Source: Chrysomallon squamiferum (taxonomy: Eukaryota > Animalia > Mollusca). Taken from it: a DNA stretch of 64,000 nt. The stretch lies in assembly GCA_012295275.1 (NCBI GenBank), contig CM022673.1, forward strand, positions 19,964,001 through 20,028,000. Reading direction: 5' to 3'. The notes beneath the pieces were generated by a model, which searched no databases, was not told where the DNA came from, and saw nothing but the letters and a program-made list of their open reading frames with translations. A program made the position numbers and the translations under genes. Below are positions 14,394-28,731 of this stretch, one piece after another. Positions within the stretch are counted from its first letter, which is position 1, and the number at the start of each line of letters is the position of its first letter.

Positions 14394-16437
14394 GAAAATC
14401 ATTGATATATTGAATCTATTATAAATAACATTTGAAAATATATAAATTAATCTTTTAATTAATTTAATTTAGGATGGATGGATTTTGGAAGATATGTAAT
14501 TATTAAAACTTGCTCATGTAAGTGAATCTTTCCATTTATCAGAAACCGTAAATAGATACCGAACACCAGAAATGTTGAAATAAGTTACAGAAATTCAGTC
14601 CAGTGTAAAATCTTATTGTTATTAAAAAAAAATAAAAAATAAAAAACTTTTTGAAAAATCAATACAAATGAAAAATCAATACTTAAACACTTATATCCTG
14701 CAGCATGGAAAAAGATGTTTTTTTGGATAAATCTGCTTTTATCCGAAAAATGGATTCTTCTGCATTTCTTTAGATTACAAACTGTTTGTGTTAAACACCA
14801 TTCCAAACGATTATCAGGCTGAGATCAGCCAGTAAATGGTATTTGACATCTACTAATTTTAAGCTGTTCCTCAAGTACCGACATTGGCTCTTTAGGGCAG
14901 GATATTTCGTAAACGACGTTGATGTATTAATAACAGCCGTGCACTGTCTTCAAGCTGTGAAGTCACAACGACTTCGAACGAAAAGTAGAAGGTTTACCAC
15001 ATCACTGTGTAATGGTTGCCAACCTGAAGTATAAAAGCTTTGAAGCGCATTATTTGAATACATTTCTATAATCTGGCATCTTTGGTAGTTTGATATCCTC
15101 CTTCGTGAATTGTTCGCAGTAAATGATTAAACTCTGTAAGACAATGGAGTTAAATATCCATATATCCCGCGTGAATATTCTGCTTTTTCACAGTTAATTA
15201 AGTCATAACGGTCACGCATGATCTGTCGCATTATTATACTGAAAACAATTCTGATGACAATTATCACTGATAACATTTGCATTACGTATTTATTATTCAT
15301 CACCTTATGTTGTAGATGGTTTCTGTGTGTGTTGTTGTGGGGTTTGGCTTTTTTTTCCGGTTTATAGTTTGAAGCCTTTTGCTAAAGGACATATTATTAT
15401 TATTATTAAAGAAGCCATCTTATAGAACTAAAGTATATTTTGTAAAATTAATCTTTATATATATCCAGCGGAGAAATCAAATCCTGCTTTTCACACATCT
15501 CATTGTCCAAAGATTATCTCAAGAAGCGAATGGAATGCCAGGTCCCCGAAATCAATCAGCTACTTCCATGAACCTGTTAAGTATGCCATTGTCCGTCATG
15601 GTGAAAGTGGAAGTTGCCATACCCAGGCAGAATGTAGTCGTATAGTTCGTAGTTACCAGAATTTCCACATGAACACTCGAGGCATGTTGAGAATTAACAG
15701 CAGATTTTTTATTTATTGCTTGTAGCCTTTGCTCTTTCTTTTCATATATATTTCATGCTCGTAAATCAGATCAATTTTCCTAAATGAAATTTATTGAAAT
15801 ACCATTAATCTTTTCCAGCCCCCCCAAAAACAAAACCCGAAATGTTTTTAACGTATTTTTAAATAAGAAAAATGTATGAATAAATGACAAATATTGTGTA
15901 AAGTAAAAGAGAAAGTAAAGAAATAAATTGGTTTTGTAAAGTGTACAGGGTTAGGGTGTCTCCATCTTTTCGAGGTTCACAGCTTAAAAATTATTTTAAC
16001 GCCTTTGACGCTTCAGTATGGTACATATCGTAAAAGTACTATTCTCGTACTGCGTAGACATGTGAACTACACGCACACCTCGCTCATGTTTTTATATATA
16101 TATATTTTTTTCTTCTTCTTTAAAAAAAAAATTATAAAAAAAAAAATCGTAAAATATAATTTATATTTAACTAGTGTACGTTTTATAGGCAAAAGTATCT
16201 TAAAATTATCCCATCTTATTTTTATCTCTTATTAGCTTATTATTCTGTTTTTTGTTAATTTGTGTTTTAAAACTAGGATGGAATGATATCGCATATTCCT
16301 TTCTGATTGGAAAAGACGGTTATGTATATGAAGGGAGAGGATGGAATCATATTGGATCTCACACCAAACACTACAATACAGTGGGATACGGTTATCATTC
16401 TATTAATTAATACATCTTTGTACTTGCCAGAGAGCGA

Positions 16438-16493
<56 letters not shown>

Positions 16494-17124
16494 CTCTGGA
16501 TGGATGGATGGACGGACTGAGAGAAAGAGACTACGAATGAATTATTATTTCATATATAGTAATATTTTCTTTTTGTATGATTTTCTGATTTTATCAGTTC
16601 TGTAATATGCAGTTATTTATATAGTTGTTAATTTCATAAGTTTTACAATATTTAATTTCTAGGTTTTTGTAATGTTAAATTCATCAGTACTGTAATACGC
16701 TAGACTTTTCATATAACGGACATTTCTATCTGCTGTTCATCAAGATACACATAACCGGTGTATTTAAATTTTTGTATGTTGTTCCACACTGTGAATTTAA
16801 ATAAAATTATTTTCTTTATTTATTCATAACACAATTAAAAAAATCCGAAATTTTTACTTTCCACTCATACATTACCCCTTGTAGTCCGTTAAATGGAGTG
16901 TCGACTTTAATTATGTTTAATTATGTAAGTTTTTGTATGATTGGTAACTTTACGAATCGACTTCCAAATGCTGCGGCTTTGTCAGCTTTGAAGTCCATTA
17001 TCGCATGTGGAGTTCAGCAAGGCCACATTTCACATGACTACACTCTGAAAGGTCATCGTGACTTTGGCACTGTCCGGGTAGTACTCTATACCATCTGATA
17101 CAGACATGGGCACACTGTAGTTAA
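14092..17124 (+). pseudogene. PGRP: Peptidoglycan recognition protein (signal peptide + SH3b-like domain + PGRP/amidase_2 domain), disabled
   Basis: Exon remnants: 14092-14249 (MLFVLQIFIFLGLFQSTSAAQCATSNVHVQTGLDTHHAVLTTV, then WVNVDYNGM in another frame); 14473-14517 (DGWI / GRYVIIKTCS); 15469-15681 (CPKIISRSEWNARSP...YAIVRHG...CSRIVRSYQNFHMNTR); 16277-16390 ([30 protein letters not shown]); ~16929-17124 (FCMIGNFT...GHRDFG / CPGSTLYHLIQTWAHCS*). Classic PGRP motifs, but three frameshifts, an in-frame TGA at 14227, a GC donor at 15682 and an AA acceptor at 16927-16928. Confidence 0.9.
14725..15000 (-). mobile_element. Decayed Tc1-like transposase fragment in PGRP intron 2
   Basis: Minus-strand peptide CRRIHFSDKSRF resembles the Tc1 WxxVxFSDESRF motif; upstream VTSQLED resembles RPRVTSxxED. 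Confidence 0.55.
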
Positions 17125-20100
17125 CAACAGACATAAGTTTCGTTATAAATTTTAAAAATAGAAAAACTGTTTGTTTTGTTTTTAATAGGTACTCAAAAGT
17201 GATTTTCATTTTGGTAAATACAACGGTGACAATTATAACTGTAGATCTTTTTATCCTGATACAAGTAATAAAAAAACTAAAATTGTTAATAAAAATATTT
17301 TCATAATTCTGTAAATCAAAAGTTGGTATAATTTTTCATTTTCGCTAGAAAAAAAAAATATATATATTTTAGAAAATTCATAACTTCACTTCTGCTTGTG
17401 CTACAAAAATATCATCCTGATGATAAAATACATTTAGAAGGGATAAATGAGAAAATTTAAAATGTTAATTTTTAGTGGGTTCATCTTTTTTTCTTTTAAG
17501 AAGTTGCAGTTTTCTTCAGCATCGAGTTACAATCTTAGTGATAGTAAAGGCTACATTATTATAATAATCACGATTACTTGCTGAGTCCTCTTTCCTCAAA
17601 GCACTTTATAATGAGAGTATGTTAAGAAAACATGGACAAAAACCGGATCGATAATGAATTACAGTGTAATAATAGTATTTACAAAATTTACAGATTCAGT
17701 GATATGAATGTAAATGGAACAGAAGCTTGGATAAGATTTCATGACGTGACTTTTGAAAAGATGTTTCCGAGAATCTGTTTGAAAGTGGAAGTTGATTTTG
17801 TACTGAGTGACGTATTTTATTATTTATTTTGCATGTAATAAGTTTTGAACAAAGTTTCAAACATAGCAAGCTTAAATTTGTTTTTCCCCAATAACGTTAA
17901 TTAAATACATTTCTTCCACCAGTATTATTTTCAAGGCATTGCCAAAATCGCAGAAAATCAAATAAAAAGGTAAATACTACAGAATAAACAATCACCAATG
18001 AGAACAGCCGAGAAACTGAAGTCACGTGACAGTAGATTTTTCGCTTTTTCGGACATCAGATTTAAATAAACTGCTCAAAACCTTCACAGATTTTGTGCTG
18101 AAAATCTCCAACACTCATCATGTTACTAGCATTATGCCGATGTGCCTGAATATTTTTGAAGTGGACGCACGTAAAGTGCTCCGACATTATTTTAACCCAG
18201 ATTTAATCGCTTAAATAGAAATTTTATGACATTAGATCGACATATTATGAAAATAATGATAAATTTTCTCACAAACAGAATTCAGGAGGTTCTTGTTGCG
18301 GAGAATAGCTTCATTCAATGGCCGTGACATTATCGTGGCAAAAAACAAAACGTCTCTCAGGTCGATCTTCAATTACGCAGTTTTTTCAAGGCTGTTTATA
18401 CGAAGAAAGCGGGGAGAGCTTTCGCCATGAGCGTAAAAGGTAGTGTATGGACGATGTTTGCGAAATACCATTCGAAGAAACATAACGAGATGGCCGCTAC
18501 CCCAAAGTATGTCCAGCTGAGATTATACTGTAGATTACAGTGATATTTGCAAAACAACATTTCTAGTATATTTTGTTTATTTAATTATAATTATTTACTT
18601 GTCCCCTCGTCCTTAAACATGTTTAATTTAGGTTTTAAAAAGTTCTTCTTTTTGGAAATATGGAAATGGCCACCCCAATGACAAAATCATGCTGAAATAT
18701 ATGCATTATGGACGGATTGTCACCATTTATTGCCAAAGTAATTTTTTTCCCTGTTAGCTATATCTTAAATTTCCCTTCCCTTTATTTTTTTCTTCCTTTG
18801 TTTCTGACTGACTTTCCATTATATAGCTTTTTTGGTCGTTACTTATAAATGTAACTTATCCATTCGTGCGCGCACGTACCCTAGACACGGTTGTAAGCGG
18901 CGAAAAGAAAGGTTCAGATGATCAGATATTAAATCGATGAATACTGATTAAAATTTTGAAATCTCGTCACCTTTATTACACTATTACAGTACGGTGAATT
19001 AGAAAAAAAACATAAATGTATTTGCTGCTAATTTGTGATATTTTCATGTTACAAATATCTTGTCATCTTTGTTATAATTTGATAATAATTGTACATCACC
19101 AACTTTTATTACCAGTCAAGGAAGTGGTAATTAATTATTTCTTTTTTCAGAGGATAATAAGTCACAAAACATATACACCAAAATACGAACGAGGTGTGCC
19201 AAAAATTAATTCGCCCACGAATATATGTTACTTTAAACAATGACGTTCATCCTACTGCATTCTCTAAATCACCAGATAAAAAAAAGTAATAAGTAATTTT
19301 GTTTGTAATCTTTTAATCTGCTTTAATTTTCTCTTTTCATAGTTTACACAATCATGAAGTAAAATTGAGATTCGGAGTTTTGAATATTCATTATATCAAC
19401 TTAAAAGATAATAAAACAGTGATTGATTGTTCTGCTGATGTGAATTAACATAACAGTATTTATGGAAATGTTTTGCTGAATTACAGAAGGGACATAATTC
19501 TGACAGGCTTATAAAACAGAAATATGCGTAGAGCTGTAGACATTGAGTTAAGTATTTTGTTATTGTTGACAGTGACAACGGGTTGCCTATCTGAACAGTT
19601 TAATTTCCGAGAAGAAACACGAAATACATTATTATTCATTAGATTAAATTGTGTTATTCGTAATAAAATTATTATTTAATTTTTTTAAATAATATATATT
19701 TGGTTCATTATAATTTAATTTTACTTATTATATTTGTTAATTCTAAACTTATAGACTTAATTCCTGTATATCTTTCGACGATATATACTATATTCAGTAT
19801 GTTTCTTGCCACTGAATGTTTTTATGATTGATAATTTTGAGCAGAGACTGCCGAATAAAGCCGACCTGGACATGTTGAAAAAAATTCACAGAAAGCGGGA
19901 AAAAAAATCCTGGAAAGTTAAAGACTAATTATTATGTGTATATGTTTTAAACATGCCTTTAGCACCAAAATCTTTTCAAATCGTTTCAGTTAATTACATA
20001 TATTAATTTATTAAAACTGTAATATGGTAGAATTACTGGTCCTAACATGATACCTAAATCTACCATTAAAGCTTCTAAACAGCTGGTGAGCTATGATAAT

Positions 20101-21027
20101 AGATAAAAGATAGAGGCTTAAACTGATATTAACGGTAGCCATTTTGAACTGCTCCAGTTAATTAGTGATACCTCAACCGAGGAGAACTACAGGTCCTAAA
20201 ACATTTCTATAATAAAATCTATACTAAATCAACCATCAAATCCTCTGAATACTCGGTCTGGTGCGAAATCTGATACAGAATCAACGTAAACATAGTGGTT
20301 TCATTTTTAAAAGGAATATTATTAAAGTTTTTCTTTTTCTTCATATTTTTGTAATGTAAGTCTGTGTTGTTGTTTTTTTGCTTTTTATCATTGTTATCTT
20401 TGAAATTTTCTTTATAATTTTGTTTTACATAGTTTTTATTATTATTTTTTTTGTTATTATATTATTTATTTATTTTTATTATTATTATTTTTTTTATTTT
20501 TTTATTTGTTTCGTTTTATTTTTTTTTTTTTTTTTTTTTTTTCAGTTTAAATTTTTTTTTTTCCTGTTGTTCAAAGCCAGATTTGTCTATTGTTTGTTTT
20601 GTGTTTGATGGGAGTGCGTATCAAAAGTGAAGGAATGATGTTAATGAGTTTCTAGAATGTTTTATTTATTTATTTATTGTTTATTTGTTTGTTTATTTAT
20701 TTATCAAAATAACTATATATATCTAATAATCTATATATTACCTTCTCCGTTCATATTGCCTTTTTATAATGAGTTTTATATATATATGAAACAAATATAG
20801 AGAACGCCCAATGGCAGAACGATCAAATTTAGCTTACAAAAAAAAAAAAAAAAAGGTGCAGTGCTTTTTCAAACTAAGCCTTATAAATATATGTTTGCCT
20901 ATTGGAACTTGGTTGGTTTTGTGTATTAAACTGTTCGTATGATTTTCAATGACTAATTGTGATTCCATAAGGTGTGTTACTGCTTACTTCACGTATCGTT
21001 TTTTTATTTGAATATCTGATTTACATC

Positions 21028-21089
<62 letters not shown>

Positions 21090-22044
21090 TAAAAACATTC
21101 TTCATCCAGCCGCCTTAAGTAAAATTAATAGGTCACATATATATATAATTATTCCGTTTTTTCCATTGCTTCAGAACTCTCCTAACAACTGCGACATGTA
21201 TTATTTACCAACAAATTTTATATGTTCTCCTAATTTAGCTAAACACTTCTTTGTCGATATCACTTTAAAATATTACGAAAAACACTACGAAATATTTTTA
21301 TCCGTTTCTGAATCTTTATTTATTTATTTATTTAATTTTATTTTGATTGTCCTAAAGAATATATAAAGCACTAATGTCACGATATGCTATTTTTAGATGT
21401 ACTCTTCTGGTAAGTCATTGTATTGTACTGTGAGACGAACTTCTTTTTTTTTTTCCTCTGCTTGTTAAATATTGTTTACATCATTTCGCAAGACTTGACA
21501 GATTGACTTGAACGTACCTGGTTTAAAAAAGAAAGAAAAAAATAATAAAATAAAAATGTTGTGATTGTAGTCAAAGTAAATACCTTTTTGTTGTACACCA
21601 AACCTTTTCCGGCTTAAAAATAGACACCATAACTCACTTTAAACATAACAAAAAATATTTTCTTTGTTAATTTTGAACCTTAATGTTTATAAAATAAAGT
21701 ATATTGCTATTGAATTTAAGAGAATTCAACAGTATATCTGTCTGTCTGCGTGTTTACCATCTATCTGTTTCTATATATTAAGTCCACACACATACATACA
21801 CACACACACTACAACTACAAATAATAATAATGACGACGACGATGACGATTATGATGAAATCAATAAATGAATAGGTGTTAATCAGTGACTATTTGCTCAT
21901 AAATAATAATGTTATTTTTTACAATGAATTTTTCGTTCCCGGAGTTTCTGTATTTATACTGATTGTAAACGTGTACTTCAGATGTAGCACAATGTTATTG
22001 TTTTGCAGTTCGCGCGTGACGATGCGTCCGATTTGATGTATTTA

Positions 22045-22212
22045 TCACGTGACTTGGATCATATACATCTTGTCAACATTTCTACAGATTTTGATCATGT
22101 GTTCTCATTTGATAACCGAGTTACTATAAAAGGTTTATATACCTTTATAAACAAACTGAATTAAAGGTTCTTTCTGAAAATACAGCCAAACCGGGAAGAA
22201 ATATTTTAAACT
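22045..22212 (+). promoter_or_regulatory. Putative promoter and non-coding first exon of tetraspanin A
   Basis: TCACGTGAC at 22045, TCATGTG at 22095, TATAAAA at 22125 and donor GTGAGT at 22213. The ATG-bearing exon has its own acceptor (tttcag, 24843), which implies an upstream exon. Confidence 0.5.
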
Positions 22213-22690
22213 GTGAGTTTAAACTCTTTTTGTTTTTACCTAGATTTATTTAATATTTAATTTAATGTTCTAGATCTGATATTAATTTCGATTCGTTTAT
22301 TCCCAACTGTTATTGAAGATGTTTAATATATATATTTACATATATACACACCCACACATACACATATATACACACACAAAATGTGTTAGAACTGTCATAA
22401 AATATACACACCCAGGTTTTAGTATGGTTTTTCACACAAACACACAGACACACACACACACACACACACACATATGCACACGCACACACAAACTAACACA
22501 TTAAATATAACTCAAAAACGTTACTCCCGTAGAATATTCGTAACATAATATTATTTATTTATTTATTCCTGACTCAATAGAAAATAACAGACTATTTATT
22601 TATAGACTGTGATCTTTAACATGTCATGATTTTTACATTTTATTTTTTATTCATTTTAATATATCTTTATTACTGTGTATGTGTGCGTGC

Positions 22691-22766
<76 letters not shown>

Positions 22767-23948
22767 CGTTTTATTTTTATTTACGTATTATAACGTAACA
22801 CTTCAGTGTGTTCTTTGAGCATATTATTCTGCTGTTGTTTTATTTTCAAATCCAGGTTTGTCTTTTAAATACTTTTCTTCTTTTTATGATTTTCACAGAA
22901 AACAATGAATCAATAAAAGAAAATTTCAAAGTAAAACACTAAAATATAAAACGTACATGTAAGAGTTCAGAGAAATATTAAAAAATAAATTAATAACCTC
23001 TTTAAAAAAGTATGTTATTCAATTTAGGTTACATCTGCGTTAATTAACAGTGAATTGCACAAAAGACAGCTTATTTACATCAACATTTACAAACATTCAT
23101 AACATATTTATAGTTATTCTATGTTGACAGATTTCACTATGGCAACTGCAAAACATGTGTAGGTCACGGCGGACAGCTCTTATTGACTACTGAGAACTAC
23201 TATCAGATCACGAGTGTATATTGTTTGACAGACTACGTGAAATCTCAGCGTGTCTGAATGTGTCATTCTGTATGTATAGGCCTAATGTATAAATATCTGT
23301 TTGATACCGCTTGATCTGCTTTGAAATCTGTACAGAGCTGTTGGTTTAAAGTCCAAGTATTTATAAAATAACACTTTTCTGAATAGTAGTAACAATATAT
23401 TTTTATCTTTCTTTTCTTTCATTTAAAAAACCGCACAAAGTCTGCTTTGTACAAGATGCAGTAGGTGATTTCATGTCAGTTGCTAATTGCAAAAGTCGGC
23501 TCGTGAAATCGCCTGCGGCGGTTTCCTATTTAAGATATCATACTGACAGAACTTTATGTTTATGACGTTTTCTGTTAAATAAGATTATCTCAGTTCAGTT
23601 TGTTACATATTCTCAGGATAGTAGACATATTACAATTTTGATATGGCATATGCACATCACTAAATGTTCTCTGCATAATAGTGGCCGAAAGTAATTTGTA
23701 GTTGCCGTTCTCAAGCTGTAATACTTATGTCATTTACATCCAGAATGGGAAACAAAACAAACAGAACAAACCCACAGTTGAGGCGGAATTACATCGAGCA
23801 AATATTGTTTTAATAATTAGTAGTTAAGTGGATTAATTTCTTATGTTAATATATCTTTTCAGTCGCTAATAAAATAATTAATTATGACTTTTCGGGATAG
23901 TGTATTTATTTTTTTATTATTATCTTTTTTCATTATTTTCATTATTTT

Positions 23949-24013
<65 letters not shown>

Positions 24014-24621
24014 CTCTTATTTTTATTTTACTTCACAATTTAAAAGAAACAATTTGAAATACCAAATAAATAAGGCTTAACTGAAATAAATATCATAACA
24101 TATTTGAAACTCAATACAGAAATACAATGGACGAAGCTTTTAAATTTTCATTGTGAAACAAATTTACCGGGCCAATACGCTGAACTCTGGCTGTAATGAC
24201 GTTGCCATCGCATGATAAATTATTTCTGTGTGGCACAAAAACACGCAATTGATTGTCCTCGGTGACGAAGGCTTTTTCTATCGCATAGTAACTGTGTAAA
24301 CACCAGTAAACATTTTACTCATATAACAGAGGTATTCACCTTTGTATGTCAGTACAGATTGATCAGTTAGTTGACAATGTCAAATCAAATTTGTTATTTT
24401 TAGTTAACTACGTAATTCTTATATCATTACTAAGTTTGTATGCCTCTCTGTCTGTACAGTTATATATTACTATAACTATTAATAACAACAACACCAACAA
24501 CAACAGTTACAGTAATAATAAAATTAATAACAAAATATTAACAATAAGGTAAATAAAGATAAAGGACAGATAAAGACAAAAGCCAGATTGCTTGGTTGGC
24601 TGTATGGAAATATTATTATTA

Positions 24622-24655
<34 letters not shown>

Positions 24656-24908
24656 ATAAAGTTGGAAATAAATTTTTTAATTTATATATATATATATATA
24701 TATATGCATCTGTGTATGTATAAGTGTATGTATATCAAATACACTTGTCAATACGTAGGTAGCCAAACCTACAAGTTAATATAACTAAAATTAAATATTG
24801 TTTTGATATATTTCAATGATTAAATATTCATATCTCATTTCAGATACATTAAACTACTGATATACACAGTTGAGCCATTTTCACTTAGTTAAAAGTAACG
24901 TCTGCATC

Positions 24909-27848
24909 ATGGATTGCATGTCAAACTGTGGTCGTATTATCATCATCATTCTCAACTTTATTGTGTCTGTAAGTTTAAAAATTACTTCTATAATAGCAGT
25001 TATATTTTTAGTAATTTAGTCTGATTTGGATACAGATAATGAGAAACAGATATATAATTCAGTAATAATTATTATAAATGTATATAATTTATATATCTAA
25101 ACATATTTAGAATGCAATATATTGTCTTACAGGCAAACAGGTTGTTTGCATGGATCAGTGGAAAAAATAAATAATACGATCTTATAGATATTGTATGGAT
25201 GTATGTTTATATCGTAGTTTACAACTGTTCGTAAAACACGATCTTTAAACAATCAGCTTTAACCAGTTTTAATTTTAATCAGAATGAAAGACTGTAGCAG
25301 TCATATTTACAATTTTTATTTAATGAAAAATGGTTATTTCTTTTAGTTGTTAGGATTGATTATCTTTGTGGCTGGCGTTATGGTCAAAGTAGGAAGTCCT
25401 CAGGTGAACTCTTTGTTGGACTCAGCTCTACAGTTATTACAAGAGCAGTTAAAGAATGCTGGATTGGGCACTGTCGATACAAGTCAGTTCAACATTGGTG
25501 AAATTGTCGGCGGTCTTGGCATTGGTTTCATTATTCTAGGGGTCATTCTTCTTGTCATCGGCCTTAGTGGTCTCATAGGAGCATGTTGCAAGTCCAAAAT
25601 GCTCTTAATAGTGGTTAGTTGTAACCATACTGCACATATTTTATATCCGTATAACTGTCTGTTTGTCAGCACTCTTTCTGTCTTACCTCTGTGACCATCT
25701 ATCTATAAATCTACTATACAGGAATCTGTAGAAAGAAAATTTATTCTTTTAATTTCACTATTCGTTTCGGTTCTTCTTTTTACTTTTCTTTTTTCCTTTT
25801 CCAAATCTTGACTTTAGTTGTCGTTTTGAAAAAATAATGTTTTATTTAATTTCAGTATGTGATTCTCCTCGTTGTGATGTTTGGGGGTCAGGTCATCATT
25901 GTTATTATACTGTTCGCTGCAAGACATGTTGTAAGTCAAATGTTTCTCTTATTATTCTATAAAATAGTTTTCTAAATATTCCAACAATAAAACTTTTTTT
26001 TATTTCAAAATAGCATTTAAAAATAATAAATAAAAAACGAGAAAAAGAATAAATATTCTTAAATAAATAGAAATAAACATTTGTTGTTCTGATTTTTTTA
26101 CGCTGTTTAAAAATTGTTTTCTTTCAGTTTGATGATGCAGTGAAACCACAGTTAAAAACAATGATTCACAACGAATACGTAGGTTATAATGGTACTGATG
26201 TCACTTCTCTTTCATGGAACGTTTTAATGAGAGAGGTAAGTAAACTTAATGGATTCAAAATAATAATTTATGTTTACAAAGCAATAGCGTCACCAACTTA
26301 GCATGTTTGTATTTTATTTTATTTCATTTTTATTATTGATAATGTTTTTACTTTACTTTGAAAAAGTGTTGATATTAGATTACAGTATTTCGTTATCAGT
26401 TTAAACAGGCATTGTACAGTTTGCCTTTTCATTATTTCTATCTTTCTTTCTACTTATGATCTTCATTAATTTGTATAAAAATGATTTGTTTTTGTGAATA
26501 ATGACACGGGGATAATTTTCCTACATCTCATACACACACCTGTATTTCAGATATTTCTTTTTTTATAACAATATAGACATACACACTAATTTTAGCCATG
26601 ATTTAGCAGAATTTTACTTTAATGTTATATAGCGTAAATGCTGTGGTATCGATAGTTACGAAGACTTCATAGGCGGTACTAAATGGGAGAGAGATCAGAC
26701 TCAGAATCCAGTTATCGCTGGCTACCTGAATGCGCCTGTTATGTGCTGTATTAACTTACCAACAAACAGTGTTGAAGCCACGTGTGCCACAGCTCCATCT
26801 GACACATCAAGTAACTGGAAGACGGTACATTATTAATTTCTACAAAATCAGTACAATCCACTTAATAACATAACGTTATCGTGTTCATTACCATTGTCAT
26901 TACTCTTAAAATTAGACAGCTTTCTTTCTGTCTGATATATACATACATATATATATATATTTATATATATAAAATTATGTATGATGTGTATTATGTGGGT
27001 TGTGTATACAGTATACATCTGTGAATGTGTGTATAAGATGTATGTGTATATGTACGTGTAAATTATGAGTGTATATGAGTGTATATATATATATATCTAT
27101 ATTTATATGTATATATGTATGTATAGAAAAAAGAAAAGAAGGGTATGAAAAAAGTTGTTTATCATGCTTTTCATGCTATAATGATAAAATTTTAAAAAAC
27201 ATATTTGAATGTTTTCGTTATGCTGATGATCAAAGATATATTTTTTGATATATTCTTTGAACTGAAATGAATAAATATATACTTGACCTTTGAATAGGAC
27301 GTCATTTGTCCAGAATCTCATCATTTGATTGCTTTATACCAGTGTTTACAAATAATGCAGATATTTGTTGTTAAATTCTCGTTCGTATATGAACGAATTT
27401 AAATAATAAAATGTTGTTTACTTTTGTGTTGCGTATTGTATTTGGTTATTCTCCGCTATAGATACATTTTAAATAAGTATATCAAATTTAATGGGTTTGA
27501 TCACATTCTCTGAGAAAGGCGTTTTCCAGTGTACTAAAGTGAAGTTGCTTGCATTTGCATATGTGTGAGTGTGTTGTCGGTGATCTCATACAACTTATTG
27601 TTTAGTATAAGCCAGTTTTCGATTTAATGTTTTTCTGTCCTTTATAACCATCATAGTTATCCTCTTCTTCTTGTCCCTTTTCTCTTGCTTTTGAAAATAT
27701 TTAAACACATTTTATAAGTCAATATTTTATTTTGATACCTAGGGTTGTTATGACAATCTTTGGTCTTATATTGTGAGCGAATCAGGAATTGTTATTGGAA
27801 TAGTGTGCGCTGTCCTCGGCTTACAGGTAAATACTGTTATTTTCACAC

Positions 27849-27895
<47 letters not shown>

Positions 27896-28161
27896 CGAGA
27901 GGCAGATATATAAACACACAACACACACACACACACACACACACACAGGTCGAGAGACAGATATATAAACATACACACACACACACACACACACAAACAC
28001 ACATACAGAAGTATAGGTTAATTCGCAACCGTACGTCAACACAGCCAGGCAACACCAGTTAATAGCTTCTATTTATTCTTATTTTCCAGATTTTGCTTAT
28101 CTTCTTCAGTGTGTGGATTCTGTATCAGATTAACAAGGAATCTAAAGTCAGTATGGCTTGA
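24909..28161 (+). CDS. Tetraspanin A (TSPAN1/TSPAN18/CD82-like), 285 aa, intact
   Basis: Seven phase-0 GT-AG exons: 24909-24968, 25347-25613, 25856-25930, 26128-26235, 26633-26824, 27743-27826, 28090-28161 (TGA). Four hydrophobic segments, GxxGACC after TM2, large extracellular loop with CCG, PVMCC, C and GC (6 Cys). Confidence 0.93.
26479..26524 (+). repeat. 46-bp dispersed duplicate (second copy at 29272-29317)
   Basis: AAATGATTTGYTTTTGTGAATAATGACACGGGGATAATTTTCCTAC; the copies match at 45 of 46 positions. Confidence 0.9.
27854..28007. repeat. Duplicated compound unit (CA)n-GGTCGAGARRCAGATATATAAACA in tetraspanin A intron 6
   Basis: The spacer occurs at 27893 and 27948, each flanked by CA runs. 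Confidence 0.9.
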
Positions 28162-28699
28162 AAGAAATCTTATCCCCACAGGGTGTGTATGTGTATTCGT
28201 ACATCTGGATGTGTTAGTGTCTGTAAATATACATGTACTTGGGAAAGATTCAACATTATATTGAAATCTATTGAAAAATGTATAAAGCTGACAGTTGTTA
28301 TAGTTATTATATTATTATATATGTTTGTTTTCTGTTGTTGTAATTATTATGTCTTATTTTATTTTATTTTTCAGATGTAAACATTTGTGATATATCCAAA
28401 ATCGTCCGTCCGTTATATATATATTAAAGATTAAATCCTGCATTTGTTTAGTTGTTTGACTGAATGAATTTTATACTTTGTTGTAAACTCAAAGAAAAGT
28501 CATACGCTGTACTGTTTGAGACATTCGGTTATATTATAGCTATGTAGAGTAAAAGTTGCAGCATTGCCTGTAATATGTTTTTGTAAATATTTTAAATTTA
28601 AATGCTTTGTACAGATTGCTGGAATTTTTGTGGATTATTTTATTTTATTTTATTAATTATTAATATTATTTTCTTCTAAGTAGTTTCAATCGGATAAAT

Positions 28700-28731
<32 letters not shown>

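Noticed and set aside
17600-18532. Possible piggyBac-like transposase remnant (IASFNGR near 18305-18325)
   Set aside because: Only one short motif; no TTAA-flanked TIR pair or continuous homology could be established by eye.
23430-23590. Possible decayed SINE core, with similar faint patches at 42380-42670
   Set aside because: The resemblance is from memory only; no A/B boxes or boundaries were identifiable.
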